DNA of 62,913 nt, the filler included, from Globobulimina sp. (lineage: Eukaryota): the NCBI GenBank assembly GCA_003354225.1. It is 33 parts of 33 records of this genome, joined end to end, with 100 filler letters (N's around TTAATTAATTAA, not from the genome) between each part and the next. Parts side by side here need not be neighbours in the genome. Positions count along the whole stretch, not along the records: positions 34,380 to 36,188 come from PIVH01011686.1; positions 36,289 to 38,097 come from PIVH01011687.1; positions 38,198 to 40,006 come from PIVH01011688.1; positions 40,107 to 41,915 come from PIVH01011689.1; positions 42,016 to 43,824 come from PIVH01011690.1; positions 43,925 to 45,733 come from PIVH01011691.1; positions 45,834 to 47,642 come from PIVH01011692.1; 26 more parts are not named here. One strand, given 5' to 3'. This document shows, in pieces, positions 34,850-46,402 of this stretch; the stretch's first letter is position 1, and each line of letters opens with the position of its first letter. The position numbers and the translations under genes were made by a program. The notes beneath the pieces were generated by a model that was given only the letters and a program-made list of their open reading frames with translations, did no database searches and was not told where the DNA came from.

Positions 34850-35629
34850 CTAAAAAATAATTTCATCATTAATTGCCAAGCCGGGCGCAAAATGCCCCGC
34901 CGGGGTACTTCGGTAAAATGCCGGTAATAAATCAAATCCTATTTTAGCATACCGATTAAATTCAAGCGACCATCCCGATTGATTAAATTTATCCGGCGCT
35001 TCCAGGCGCCGCCAATGGCGAAACCGATCCACCAGACAGGCAAGCCCTCTATCGTTTGCGCCCATAATGGCCCAACGGTTTAAATCGTCGCTGTCTGGTT
35101 TCCACTGACAAAGGGGAATTGCCTCTAAGTTCTCTTTTATAAATAATGATTCTTTCTCTTTACTATTAAGGGGGCATTTGTGGCCTTGTCCGTTTTTGGC
35201 AAGTCCGTTTTGGTCAAATTTTTCGGCGCTGTTTGGTGTTTTTTCTGGCTCTGTCTGTTCGATACTTTCCCCCAGGCTTTGCGGGCGTCCCTCGCCTTCT
35301 GGTATGCGCTGCAATATTTTATGAGTTGCCGGGTCAACATATTCATAAATAACCGGCCTTTTTTCGGGTTCCGCATAAAACACAAAATAATTTCGCACGG
35401 TTGTGCTGCCTATTTTAACAACGATTCGTTGCAAATATCCGGCCTCAACAAGCGCCGATCTAAGGGCGCGGGCGGTTTTAACGCCGCATTCAAAAAGCGC
35501 GGCAATCCATTTCAGTTGGGGCGTAAAATTTGGCGCCTGTAAATAAAGCTCACTATACAAAAGACGCAACCGCCCTGAAAGCCGCGCATCCCTGCGACCG
35601 GGTGCGGTCACAGATATTGAATAAGACAT
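34850..35629 (-). CDS. Phage/plasmid replication initiator-like protein (N-terminal wHTH)
   Basis: RLS..RLLY..L...IAALFECGVKTARALRSALVEAGYL (wHTH), short-repeat linker, C-terminal FR.W...W...F; SD GAGGGA before ATG 35629. Confidence 0.6.
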   Translation of the reverse strand: MSYSISVTAPGRRDARLSGRLRLLYSELYLQAPNFTPQLKWIAALFECGVKTARALRSALVEAGYLQRIVVKIGSTTVRNYFVFYAEPEKRPVIYEYVDPATHKILQRIPEGEGRPQSLGESIEQTEPEKTPNSAEKFDQNGLAKNGQGHKCPLNSKEKESLFIKENLEAIPLCQWKPDSDDLNRWAIMGANDRGLACLVDRFRHWRRLEAPDKFNQSGWSLEFNRYAKIGFDLLPAFYRSTPAGHFAPGLAINDEIIF

Positions 35630-35728
35630 AGTTATTCCCTCACTGGCCAAAAGGCCCTTGACTTGATACGGGGTAACAACTACAAGAGAGAAATAACATG
35701 TTGTTTCTCTTGTAGAGGCTTCCCAAAG

Positions 35729-35756
35729 ACCCGGTGTTCTAGCACCGGGTTTTTTT
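35729..35756 (+). terminator. Intrinsic terminator, antisense to the rep gene
   Basis: ACCCGGTG-TTCTAG-CACCGGGT with T7 at 35750-35756. Confidence 0.8.
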
Positions 35757-36288
35757 GTGTTTTGGTCTGTTTTATTGACTGACTACATTTTGATTTTCCC
35801 ATGTTTTTACATCTACCTGCATTCTCTCTTACAGTGTCGGCTATAGGAATTCAAACCAAAATGATACTTGATAAAAAGCTAATGTATTAAATACAATATC
35901 TTAATAGGATCAAGCAAGCCGCTAAATATGGGGGGATGAGGGAAGATATCACACAAGACTGGTCTTAGATTTATGTGATATTGAGAGGCATAATCAAGAG
36001 GCGGTCCCTGTATCGACTCTGGAAATCGTAGGGACCGCCGGACATGGGTATTAAGTCGGATCAACCCAAGACGTGAATTATACAGATTAAGCACCACACC
36101 GTAAACGATTAAAATTTACGGGCGTATTCTAATAGTTAATGAATATTCTAATAGATTTGTTTAATCAGCGTCCTGCGCCTCCTGTGCGNNNNNNNNNNNN
36201 NNNNNNNNNNNNNNNNNNNNNNNNNNNNNNNNTTAATTAATTAANNNNNNNNNNNNNNNNNNNNNNNNNNNNNNNNNNNNNNNNNNNN

Positions 36289-37608
36289 CCTAAAGTATCT
36301 CCTCCAGGAGTAATAATATTCATTTCATGATCGTTTTCACCAATAACTATAAATTCGTCAAGCAATACATTTGCATTTCCAAAACCACCGGGTGTCACAC
36401 CAACTTCTTCCGTAACTGCAGTATTTGCGCCATATTGTCCGTCAGTTATTATTTCAGCGTTTGTAGCCTCAGCATTAGTGCTTTTATTGCTGGCAATAGT
36501 ACATTTATCCGATTCAATATTGACATCAACAGTACCTTCATTACGTACACTGTTTGGAGTACTGATACTGGCTACACTCACCATGTCAATGTTTGATCCA
36601 AATTGAATACCAATATCTGTTGTTATATTCATCATATCTTCATTCTGCTTCCTTTCATTTGACCCTTTCTGTACTATATATCGCAACACACAGAAAAAGG
36701 ATAATATACAAATACAAATAAAAAATATTACTGATCCGAGAACCATCCAAAGTATGCTACCATCTCCATTGCCCTTTGTTTTACTTATTGCAATACTTGT
36801 AAATGTATTAGATGTTGTTTCAATGTGTTGCTCATTGCCTGTGGGAACATTTGTTGCTGTTGAGGTCACTGGATGTTTTGTTGGAGCTTTGCTTGGAATT
36901 TGTGTTGGGAAAATGCTTGGAACCTTAGTTGGAGTTTTTGTTGCCCCAACACTTGGTATGTTAGTTGTTGGCAGGTTAGTAGTCGGTATATTCGTTGTTG
37001 GTCTGTTCGTGGTTGGCATGTTACTATAACCAGTTGGCATGTTAGTAGGCAAAGTTAAGGGGGCCATAGTAGGCAACTCAGTGGAAGTTTGACTAGTTAT
37101 TATTTGTATATTATCACATCCAGTACTGGTACATATGAAATCCGATGATGAAGACACATCAATTGCGGCACCAGCACAGCTATTCGAATCTAGACAATTA
37201 ATATCACGCTGACCGGATCCACATGTAAAATTTGCATTGATACATCCGTCTGTTCCACTACAATCAATGGAAACATTAGGAACGTATTGAGGTATTACAT
37301 TGATAGAACTGCATGATCTGTCACCAACAAAGCATTTGAGTGTAATGGATGTTGCTGATGCACCATATATGCTTGCATTAAAACAGGAATCTGCTGCATT
37401 GCATCTTATCCAACACGGATGATCATGTTGCGGAATTACATGCGTTGTCAGCGAGGCAATTTAAATAGCATATTTCACCAACGTTTAGATTGGAGCATTG
37501 ACAGGCTGACCGACCTTGACAGCTGATAGAATATGTTATTGGTATTGCGATACTGATCAGAATGAGGTACATCTCTTTGTGCATGATCTGATTGATTTTC
37601 ATGTTCAT
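36289..37608 (-). pseudogene. Cys-rich/PT-stalk/TM surface protein with frameshifting deletion near 37425
   Basis: Signal and Cys exon ends CNSAT*. Another frame continues DHPCWIRCNAADSC... into ORF 36289-37157 (PT repeats, TM). Confidence 0.6.
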
Positions 37609-37837
37609 TTTCCTGACTGTTTTTGAGTGAAGCCTGCGTATATTTATTTAACAAAAAGCAGAAACACATAAATTAAACCCAGACGGTTTAAAACGTTCAC
37701 ATCATATAATTGTATTTTAAAATTAGAACGTTTGACATTCAAAAAAACAGAAAGAAAGAAAAAAAAAAGCACATTAAAAAATATAAGTCGTGTCACAGGT
37801 ATAATTATTTTGAGAAATTTATTTTTATATTATTTTA

Positions 37838-38097
37838 TTAATCTGATTCTTCATTAGGGACAGTAGTCATTCCTCTTTTTGTCGTTTTATTGCTACTACG
37901 GGCCATCTCATCCATTGGTCTGTACGTTTGCTGTATTTCATCAAATTGTCTTTTCATTTCACGATGCTTTTGACATAAATAAACAATGACAACCAACGCA
38001 CAGCAAACCAATCCAACCGCAGCCGCTGCAATCACGATAATCCACATCAAGCTGCTATCATTACCATTGGCGCCCATACCATCCGCATTGCCACCGG
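37838..38097 (-). CDS. Single-pass membrane protein, C-terminus
   Basis: TM LMWIIVIAAAAVGLVCCALVVIVYLC plus a cytoplasmic tail. Confidence 0.55.
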
Positions 38098-38308
38098 NNN
38101 NNNNNNNNNNNNNNNNNNNNNNNNNNNNNNNNNNNNNNNNNTTAATTAATTAANNNNNNNNNNNNNNNNNNNNNNNNNNNNNNNNNNNNNNNNNNNNCTG
38201 TTTTCTTTTCCATTTTTGCATCATTTGAATGTTGGGAAATTGTTCGGGATTCGCATTTTTAAACACAACTTGATTTTTTTTGCCTATCACACAAAAACAA
38301 AATGAATC

Positions 38309-40006
38309 TCATGTTGCTATAAAAAAAAAACACATACACAATAATTGGTATTTTGATTCATAAATTGCTCGTTCTTTCACATCCAACATATTCAATGCTC
38401 GTCGAAACGAATTCTTTTTATCTCCAATTAACAGCTGATCCTCATCAAATATATCATTTTTAGCCTCTCGTTGCTCCTCAAACGTTGCCATCGAATTTAA
38501 CAATTTCTGCTCAATCACTTGAATTTCTTGCAATGCCGCATTAATATCTGACAGTTGACTTTTATAATTTGGATACTTTCTGGGCAATATCCGGTACTGT
38601 TCGATAATTCCTTTCCTTTTCGCAAAATACTGGCTGTCGCCGTAATATTTGGTCCACGCCAGCTTAGTTTGCGGGAAATATTTGCTTTTAAATAACTGCG
38701 GAAAAACAAATCCGACCTCGTCCTGCGAGCAGTCGCGCAACAAAAAGGACAGCAAATGTTGAATATTTTCAATGATAACAAACGAGAGAAAGACAGAAAG
38801 GCGATGCAATCCCATATTATACGATTGTTTATAGAGCGATATTACAGTTTGAATATCAATTTGTTGAATTAGCAGATCTTCGCAGTACGACACTAACGAC
38901 GGCACTTTGCATATTATATCTTCGTCTAAACCCAAACACGAACCGTCTCCTTTTCTTTTCTCGTGCTTTTTGCCTTTATTTCGTTGCTTTTTGTGCTGTT
39001 TTTTGCCTTTGTTTCTCGTTTGTTTCTCCTCTTTTTGCTCTCCTTTGAAGACCAGCACTGAGAACAAAGTGGAACACGCATACAAACTCTCGTTGCTTTT
39101 CTTCGCCAAAGGCGCAGAATTCCAAAATTCCTCTGCAATTTTCTTATTTTTCAGTTGTTTTACTTTCTTGTGATACCGAACGGCATTCAACAAACTGCGA
39201 TTTGGCCACAAAAACGATTGAACCACAAACGCACTGTTCTTGGTTGCCAGCACTTTGCCGATCTGCGACAACGTCACTATGCGTTCGATATTTGCCATTT
39301 TGATTCTGTGCTTGCCGCGCTTTTTCCCGTTGCCTTTCCAGAACTGCTTCTCTTTGCCACTCAGACCGAACTCGCCAAAGCCATAACATTCGCCCATATC
39401 CGTGCTCAACAGACACAGTTTCGGAGCACAGCAAATGTCCGCAATCCCCTCCACATTCCCGATGTAAAACGCCTCCGTCGACGGCGCCTTCCATTCATAC
39501 ATATCATTGTTAGTCGCCGCCGCAATGCATCGCGCAGAATTCTCCAGATTGTAACAGCAGAGCTTGTGTATCAGGACAGCTTCTCTTTTGTTGTGGTAAT
39601 GTTTGAATTTGCGCTCTTTATTCAAGCGAATCTCACTGAAACTGACATATTCCGAGTTGTCTTTGTTTTTGCTCATCGACAACAAGCTGCCATTCATTAA
39701 CAAGAGAACTAACCAATGCTCCCCAACGCAGGCACTCTCGATTCCATTTTTTATGTCTCGATTGGCAGACTTTATCTTCATCATTGTGGGAGTGCTCATT
39801 TTCTGTCCAATGAAGGATTTGCCAATCAAATAAATCTTATTATCAGTTCCAATCAGAATGCTCCGCTCGAACGCACTGCAAATGTACCGAATGTCGCATT
39901 TGCTATCCCCGCTCACACAAAATGGCTGCAACCGTTTATTCCATATTAACTTCGTCGCTTTTCGGCTATATTTGACAATCTCATCCAGTTTGCAGTTTTT
40001 AGTGTA
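38309..40006 (-). CDS. RCC1-like repeat plus BACK-like protein (IBTK-like), partial
   Basis: RCC1-type blades (ACVGEHWLVLL..NG, CYGFGEFGL) and VPSLVSYCEDLLIQQID..TVI. Confidence 0.6.
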   Translation of the reverse strand, partial: YTKNCKLDEIVKYSRKATKLIWNKRLQPFCVSGDSKCDIRYICSAFERSILIGTDNKIYLIGKSFIGQKMSTPTMMKIKSANRDIKNGIESACVGEHWLVLLLMNGSLLSMSKNKDNSEYVSFSEIRLNKERKFKHYHNKREAVLIHKLCCYNLENSARCIAAATNNDMYEWKAPSTEAFYIGNVEGIADICCAPKLCLLSTDMGECYGFGEFGLSGKEKQFWKGNGKKRGKHRIKMANIERIVTLSQIGKVLATKNSAFVVQSFLWPNRSLLNAVRYHKKVKQLKNKKIAEEFWNSAPLAKKSNESLYACSTLFSVLVFKGEQKEEKQTRNKGKKQHKKQRNKGKKHEKRKGDGSCLGLDEDIICKVPSLVSYCEDLLIQQIDIQTVISLYKQSYNMGLHRLSVFLSFVIIENIQHLLSFLLRDCSQDEVGFVFPQLFKSKYFPQTKLAWTKYYGDSQYFAKRKGIIEQYRILPRKYPNYKSQLSDINAALQEIQVIEQKLLNSMATFEEQREAKNDIFDEDQLLIGDKKNSFRRALNMLDVKERAIYESKYQLLCMCFFFIAT

Positions 40007-40219
40007 NNNNNNNNNNNNNNNNNNNNNNNNNNNNNNNNNNNNNNNNNNNNTTAATTAATTAANNNNNNNNNNNNNNNNNNNNNNNNNNNNNNNNNNNNNN
40101 NNNNNNTAGTGATGTTTTTTGCGAATGTAACACAGCTTGTTGTTGAAGAAATCGTCGTGCCATGTTTTTGTTAATATAAAAATGTATTTGGATTTTTGTG
40201 AAAAGTTTTTCTACTCATT

Positions 40220-41915
40220 ATGTCAGTCGTTATAATGTCACCTAGGCAAGGCTTTTTTTTCCTGTTCGGTTTATTATTTGCCGCAGTGTATGGATTGATT
40301 ACCAACTGCCCATTGTCACAAACTCGATCTACGCATTTAATTTGTAAAATACTGAAAAACACGAACATTGACCAAGTTCTCCCGGCACATAATTTCAGTG
40401 ACAATAATTATTGTTTATGGAATTTTACAAATACACAAAAATATATGAATTGTACTGCAAATAACGACATCACTGATATAGTTATGGAGGAAGTGGATAT
40501 CAATGGTACATTGGACCTAACCGTTCCTTGGCCATCCACTATGAAACAAATTGATTTTGAACAATATGACGCATATTCCAACACATTATACGGTGCTTGG
40601 AATTGGACCTCTTTCATCACTATGAGTAATTTTTACGAATTAGATCTTAGAAACAATCAAGTTATATTAGTTTATCCTGCATATATATATATTAAAGTGT
40701 TTTTCTGTACCTATCAAATAAATAGATTTCTGGAGCAATGTCGAGTGCGGACTTTGATGTCTTAGCATCAATTCCATCATTTAAGCATCTTTGGCTTGGC
40801 AGCAATAACTTTGAAATAAATTTTACGGACATCTCTTTGAATTTAAATTTGTCTGCTCTCAATTATTTGGATTTAAAAAGCAATGTATGTCCAGATTCTA
40901 CTTTTTTGGCTCTTATATGTATTGATATCATTGTTATATCAAGAAAGCATATGGCAGATTGGACACATCTATCAAGGGATTTTTTAGTCATTTCCCAAAT
41001 TTGATAACATTCGCAATTGGTGGACAAATTAGCGATGGCAATGGTGAGCTTTATGGAAACTTTGCAAATTTGGATTGTATATCAACTGCAAATTTACCAC
41101 AGCTTGAAATTTTTCGTATTTCATGGAATGAGTTTTCAGGTTCATTAGCTTTATCGCCGGGTCATTTTTTGAGTGCAAATTTCTTAAAAATTGCAGTAGA
41201 TTATAATAACTTCGACAGTATTGACTGGAGCATATTTTATGGTTTATATAATTTGCATACCATTGATATTAAATGGAATGCGTTGACAGGTACTATTGAT
41301 TGGAATGTAATATCTGATTTAGTGGTGAATGGCAGTCTTCGTACAATTGAACTTAATGGCAATCATTTTGAAGGTTATGCTGATTTTTCTTGGATTCCTT
41401 TTGATATTGCATTGACTTTAAATGTAGATTCGGATATTGGCTGCGATCCGATAATTTATCAATGCTTAGGTTCCAATACTCTGCTCAATAGAACGTTTAC
41501 TAAATGTACAAATACACCGCATCGTGAATCAGCCTGTCAATGTTCAACACAATCTACAGATTTTTATACCACTGTATCGCCAACAACATTGGCACCAAAC
41601 CCAAATACAAGTATGTATGGTACATTTATTACTGTGACCATTATTGATTAATTGCATGTTGTTGCAAGGTGTATGTAGTGAGGAATATGATGGATACATT
41701 GAATCGACATATCAGGCAGCAATGGAGTCTGGTTTATGCATCGAAGGTGCATTGTTTGTCGATGTTTTATCGCAAATTATGGATATTATTGACATTACAT
41801 ACAACAACAATAACTTGCAGGTATATACAACTATGAGAGATGAAGAAATCAGTAAATACTTTGAGGTCGAAGTTTGTGGCAATGTATCCATGAATGTTGT
41901 CACATGTTTTGATAA
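40220..41915 (+). CDS. Secreted or receptor-like LRR protein; introns 40661-40725, 40885-40943, ~41612-41668
   Basis: Plant-type LRRs LDLRNNQISG, LEIFRISWNEFSGSL, IDIKWNALTGTI and LNGNHFEG; signal peptide. Confidence 0.85.
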
Positions 41916-42609
41916 NNNNNNNNNNNNNNNNNNNNNNNNNNNNNNNNNNNNNNNNNNNNTTAATTAATTAANNNNNNNNNNNNNNNNNNNNNNNNNNNNN
42001 NNNNNNNNNNNNNNNTAATATATTTAGTATGAAGCTAGAATGTCTGTAGTCTGTACATATAAATAAATGCGTTTTGTGCGCAAGGATATGGATTTGTGAC
42101 TTGTTTTTTTTTTTTTATTTTGTGGGTTTTTCACAATAAAAAATGTACTGTGTATTTGTGGTGAACTTATTTTATTTCGATATATATTTTGTTGCCTCTG
42201 AAATCGTATATTTTTTATTAAAGTGTTCTAATTATGTACTTTTGTTTTGTGTTCTTACATTTTTTTTTTCGTTTTTTTATCCTATTTTATTATTTTGCAC
42301 CTTCCTTTTCAACACGTTTTGTGATATCAGAGAACCTTTTTTTGTGGTCATTTGTTTTATATTTTCATATTTGGATTGGTGTATTTTGAGATTTGTGGTC
42401 AAAATATTATTTCTCCTCTTGTATGAATGTATGTTAATATTTTTGATTTTTTGTGTTAGAGCAAGAGTGACTAATATAACTACTGTGAATTAAAAAAGGA
42501 TTTTTTTTGTGAATTATGGATGATTGTTCACTAGTCACTACTGGAGATCGCTAATTACAAATATTATTTTCTATATTACGAGATGATCATCAAAAAAGAA
42601 TATTTATAT

Positions 42610-43824
42610 TTATAAACAATATTTTCGTGTTGCATAAACACATGGAATAACCCCATTTCCTTCATGAGTACGATTACGAGTTTGAGTTAAAGGATTATAA
42701 TAATTGTTAAATTTGAAGCATCTGCTTCCAACATCTTTTGTATTTTTTCCTACAATACGTGCTTTTTTACTAGTGCTAGATATAAAACGTAGCGATTCTG
42801 GACCAGTTTGATTTAATTCAATGACATATTCTTTATACTGGATCAATCCAACGGGAACTTTCAAAGAAAGCTTGGTTGCAACAACATCCATTTCTGATCG
42901 ATAAAATGTCTCATTCTTAGAAGAACCAACTAATTTATGTCCATCCCACACATAAATCTTAACAATGGCCGTTGTTCGGCCATCACCACAAAAAATACCA
43001 ACTCCTGTCAATGATATACCTTTTTCTGAGACAGAAAACATATGTTTATCCATAGATTTTGCCGAATATTTCCATCCAGCGTACACACCATAATCGTATA
43101 CCATACCAAAGTTACACTTTCTCCAATTTATAATATCAAACACAGGCATTTCTTTCGTGATTTTCTGTTTATTTGATTTGAAATTTCCGGAGTGAATCGT
43201 CGTAAAAATTTGAATAATTTCATCTTGTGAAAGAAACTGAGGATTGAAAGTTATAATGCTTTGAGAGAAAAATGTGACATCCATAAAAGTAAAAGGAATG
43301 AATGATTTGATTTGATTTAACCAAAATAATTGTTCCTGTTTCAACTCATCTTTTTCCATCAAATCGTTTCTCTTCTTTTCATCATCATCCTTCTTATCAT
43401 TATTATCAATCATTTTTTTTTTATTATCAACTTTAAAATTTAACCATTTCAAGGTAGAATTCCAAATAATCTCATTTTTTGAGGATAATAAAATTTTACA
43501 CGCATCCATTTGAAACATTAATTTTAATGTTTTAACTGAAATTTCGCGAAAATATGAAGACGTGAATAATTGTATTATGAATGCAATACGTTTTGTAGTT
43601 CTAATGATATTAAATGCTCTCTGTATTAACTTATCGTCATTCACAGCAACGACTGTGTCCAATAATTGCAATACATTTTCTCTGTTATTATCGCATGAAA
43701 CGGTGAGCAGGACTCACATTTCTCTGGACTCACATTGGATAACATGAAACGGTGAGCATGGAATGTCTGAGATTCTTCTTTTGCCTCAGTGTTACCGACA
43801 ACAAATGAAATGTCATGAGTATCA
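42610..43824 (-). pseudogene. BTB-BACK-PHR protein (BTBD1/2-like) with deleted BTB core
   Basis: DISFVVG..FHAHRFML..VSP jumps out of frame to ENVLQLL. BACK (EIIWNSTLKW), PHR-like (FSV..ISLTGVGIF...GVIPCVY). Confidence 0.7.
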
Positions 43825-43924
43825 NNNNNNNNNNNNNNNNNNNNNNNNNNNNNNNNNNNNNNNNNNNNTTAATTAATTAANNNNNNNNNNNNNNNNNNNN
43901 NNNNNNNNNNNNNNNNNNNNNNNN

Positions 43925-45180
43925 ATTATGGTTAATGGAAAAATGGTAAACGAGATGGTTTTGGAATTTATAATTATTCGAATGGTTCGCAATATAAAGG
44001 TGAATGGCTTGCAAATCAAAAGGTTTTTCTTTTTGTTTTGTATATTTTTCTTGATATAATAATTTGTATACATATTAAAAGCATGGCAAAGCTGAATATA
44101 TTTATGAAAATGGAACAAAATTTATTGGCGAGTTTGAAAATGATGAACAAAAATATGAGTCAAAGGAACAGAATGAATTAATACAAGCACAAATATGTCA
44201 ACCTTTTGTGATAAATGATTTGAATATAAATATTAACTGTAATGTGATATTAAGAAATTGGAAATCGATCCAAAATATTTTATTTCCGAATTTATGCATT
44301 TTAAATAAATTATGGATGTTAATGCAATACATGAAATTAAGTCAAATCTATGAAATAAATAAAAATATTTCAATAAATACCTATTCAATTTATGGAAATA
44401 ATAAATGTGATATTACTGATCCAAATCATTGTTTTTTATTCAGACAATTTGTAGAAATATTAATTAAAATATCAATGTTTACTCAACAGAATTTACAAGA
44501 ATTTCTGATGAATCTTATTCAAATAACACCAAAAATAAAAAATATATCATCAATCAATCAATTATTTTGGAATCAGTTACCATTAAAATATAAAAATTTA
44601 TGGAAGAATAAAGAGTCAAAAGTTAAAATTAATTTCATTTTTGTTTTTTATATTTATATTCGGAAAAACGCAAACAAAATAGTTGTTATTTGAAGAAAGA
44701 TATTGTGAAATGACAAAAAAAATGTGTTCAACGGAACATATCAATGATAATCTTTATGCAAAGTATATTGATGGACAGATATTGAATAAAATTGTAACAA
44801 ATATTTTGATTGAACCGCGAATGCAAAGTATAATGATGAAAGAATTTGAAGATTGTTATTATTCAAAACAAACCGATGGAAACGAATTAATATTAAAAAC
44901 ATATGATGTTGATATTGAATTTATGGACTTAAATTCAATGAGATTTTTACTTTCCGAATGTAGATTATTTTTTGTCATATTAATATGTATTAAAATATGT
45001 TCGGATGAAATGATAAACGAAAAAGAAGAGAGCGAAAAAGAAAACCAAATTGATGATGAACAACAATTGGAAGAGAAACACGATAATGAAGAGCATGAAC
45101 AACAATTAAAATTAATGAATATTTTACCACAACATGTTGAAAATATATACAACCAAATACAACGACATGAAATGTTTTGA
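43925..45180 (+). pseudogene. MORN-repeat radial-spoke-head-10B-like gene with in-frame TAA (43933-43935); introns 44023-44081 and 44622-44682
   Basis: YG*WKNGKRDGFGIYNYSNGSQYKGEWLANQKHGKAEYIYENGTKFIGEFEND; LFRQFVEILIKIS. Confidence 0.65.
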
Positions 45181-45466
45181 ACTAATTTTGGTTTATTTAA
45201 TATCCTATAACTGTGACACCCATAGCGTTCTCGATTCGTGCTAGATTTCCAAGGCAATAAACGTATTTTACGGACTTTGTTATTGAGAAAATTGTCAATG
45301 TTTTCATAAATCTCAATGAACATACTAATTCAGACTAATATGATACAATACACAACAAGTTAACAACAAAAACACTAAGAACGATATTAGAACAACAAAA
45401 TGGAAATTATGTATAATAGTAAAAAAAAATGGCAAAATGCAGGCACTCTGAAATGATTAGCCTTTA

Positions 45467-45733
45467 TTATTTGTTATTTTGTTCATCATTTTTCACATTA
45501 TTTGTAGCCATACATCTCGCCAACACTATACTAATACAGCCATGATATGTACAGGAAATTAACAACACAATTATTTTAAAAGTAATATCGATAAATATAA
45601 ATGCATTCACTTCGAAGCCTTTTGTAGCTATAATAATTATTACCAATGGCAAATCCGTCACTGCATTCAATAAAATCATATGAATATGAATCGCTTCACT
45701 TGTCGAGGATGCATATCCAAATATCATTGGTGT
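45467..45733 (-). CDS. Membrane protein, C-terminus (partial)
   Basis: Hydrophobic helices, TDLPLVII. Confidence 0.4.
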   Translation of the reverse strand, partial: TPMIFGYASSTSEAIHIHMILLNAVTDLPLVIIIIATKGFEVNAFIFIDITFKIIVLLISCTYHGCISIVLARCMATNNVKNDEQNNK

Positions 45734-45833
45734 NNNNNNNNNNNNNNNNNNNNNNNNNNNNNNNNNNNNNNNNNNNNTTAATTAATTAANNNNNNNNNNN
45801 NNNNNNNNNNNNNNNNNNNNNNNNNNNNNNNNN

Positions 45834-46290
45834 GAATACTCTGTGGGGCGTTTTTTTTACTAATTTTCTTCGTTTTGCTGCTTTCCCCAATAATAGCTGT
45901 ATCTGTATCTGCTGCCATACTATTACGAACGCGATGGGTTTTCTTGCTTTTCTTGCTTTTATTTTTGGTTCTTTCGATGCGTAATAATTTAATATCACCG
46001 AATTTACCAAATAAATCTTTATTTGCTAATTTGGGCGTTGCCATTTCGTTGGATATTGACATTAAAATTATGGTATTCTTGTTTAAAAACATTAATTTAT
46101 ATGAGATCAAATATGAGATCATTACCCGGCCTATTCGTAATTTTTCAAATTCAAATTCTTCACCGTCTTCTTTAACGACAAAACATGCAACACATTCGTC
46201 GTTAAAAAAACTATTCACGAAACCACAGCACGGACAATTCCATGATGAAAATACGGTGTTGTGGACTCTTTCGTCACTGCTACAAGGCAT
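45834..46290 (-). CDS. RanBP2-type zinc finger plus RRM-like protein (3'-partial)
   Basis: WNCPCCGFVN..DECVAC; LFGKFGDIKLLRI. Confidence 0.6.
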
Positions 46291-46402
46291 ATTGGATTGG
46301 ATTATTTTGTAGGTAATGTACGTTGGGAAATTAAATTGTAGGTAAGTTAGTTTGGAGGTATTGTAAAAGGTAAAGTAAAAGGTAAAGTTTTTTTAGTTTT
46401 AA

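Noticed and set aside
42143-42493. 116-aa Phe-rich ORF as a membrane protein
   Set aside because: It is a translation of T-rich UTR or intergenic sequence.
43933-43935. Alternative genetic code (TAA=Gln or TGA=Trp/Cys)
   Set aside because: In-frame stops are isolated. The same gene uses CAA for Gln throughout, and TAA and TGA terminate conserved genes (VAMP, S10, PGM3).
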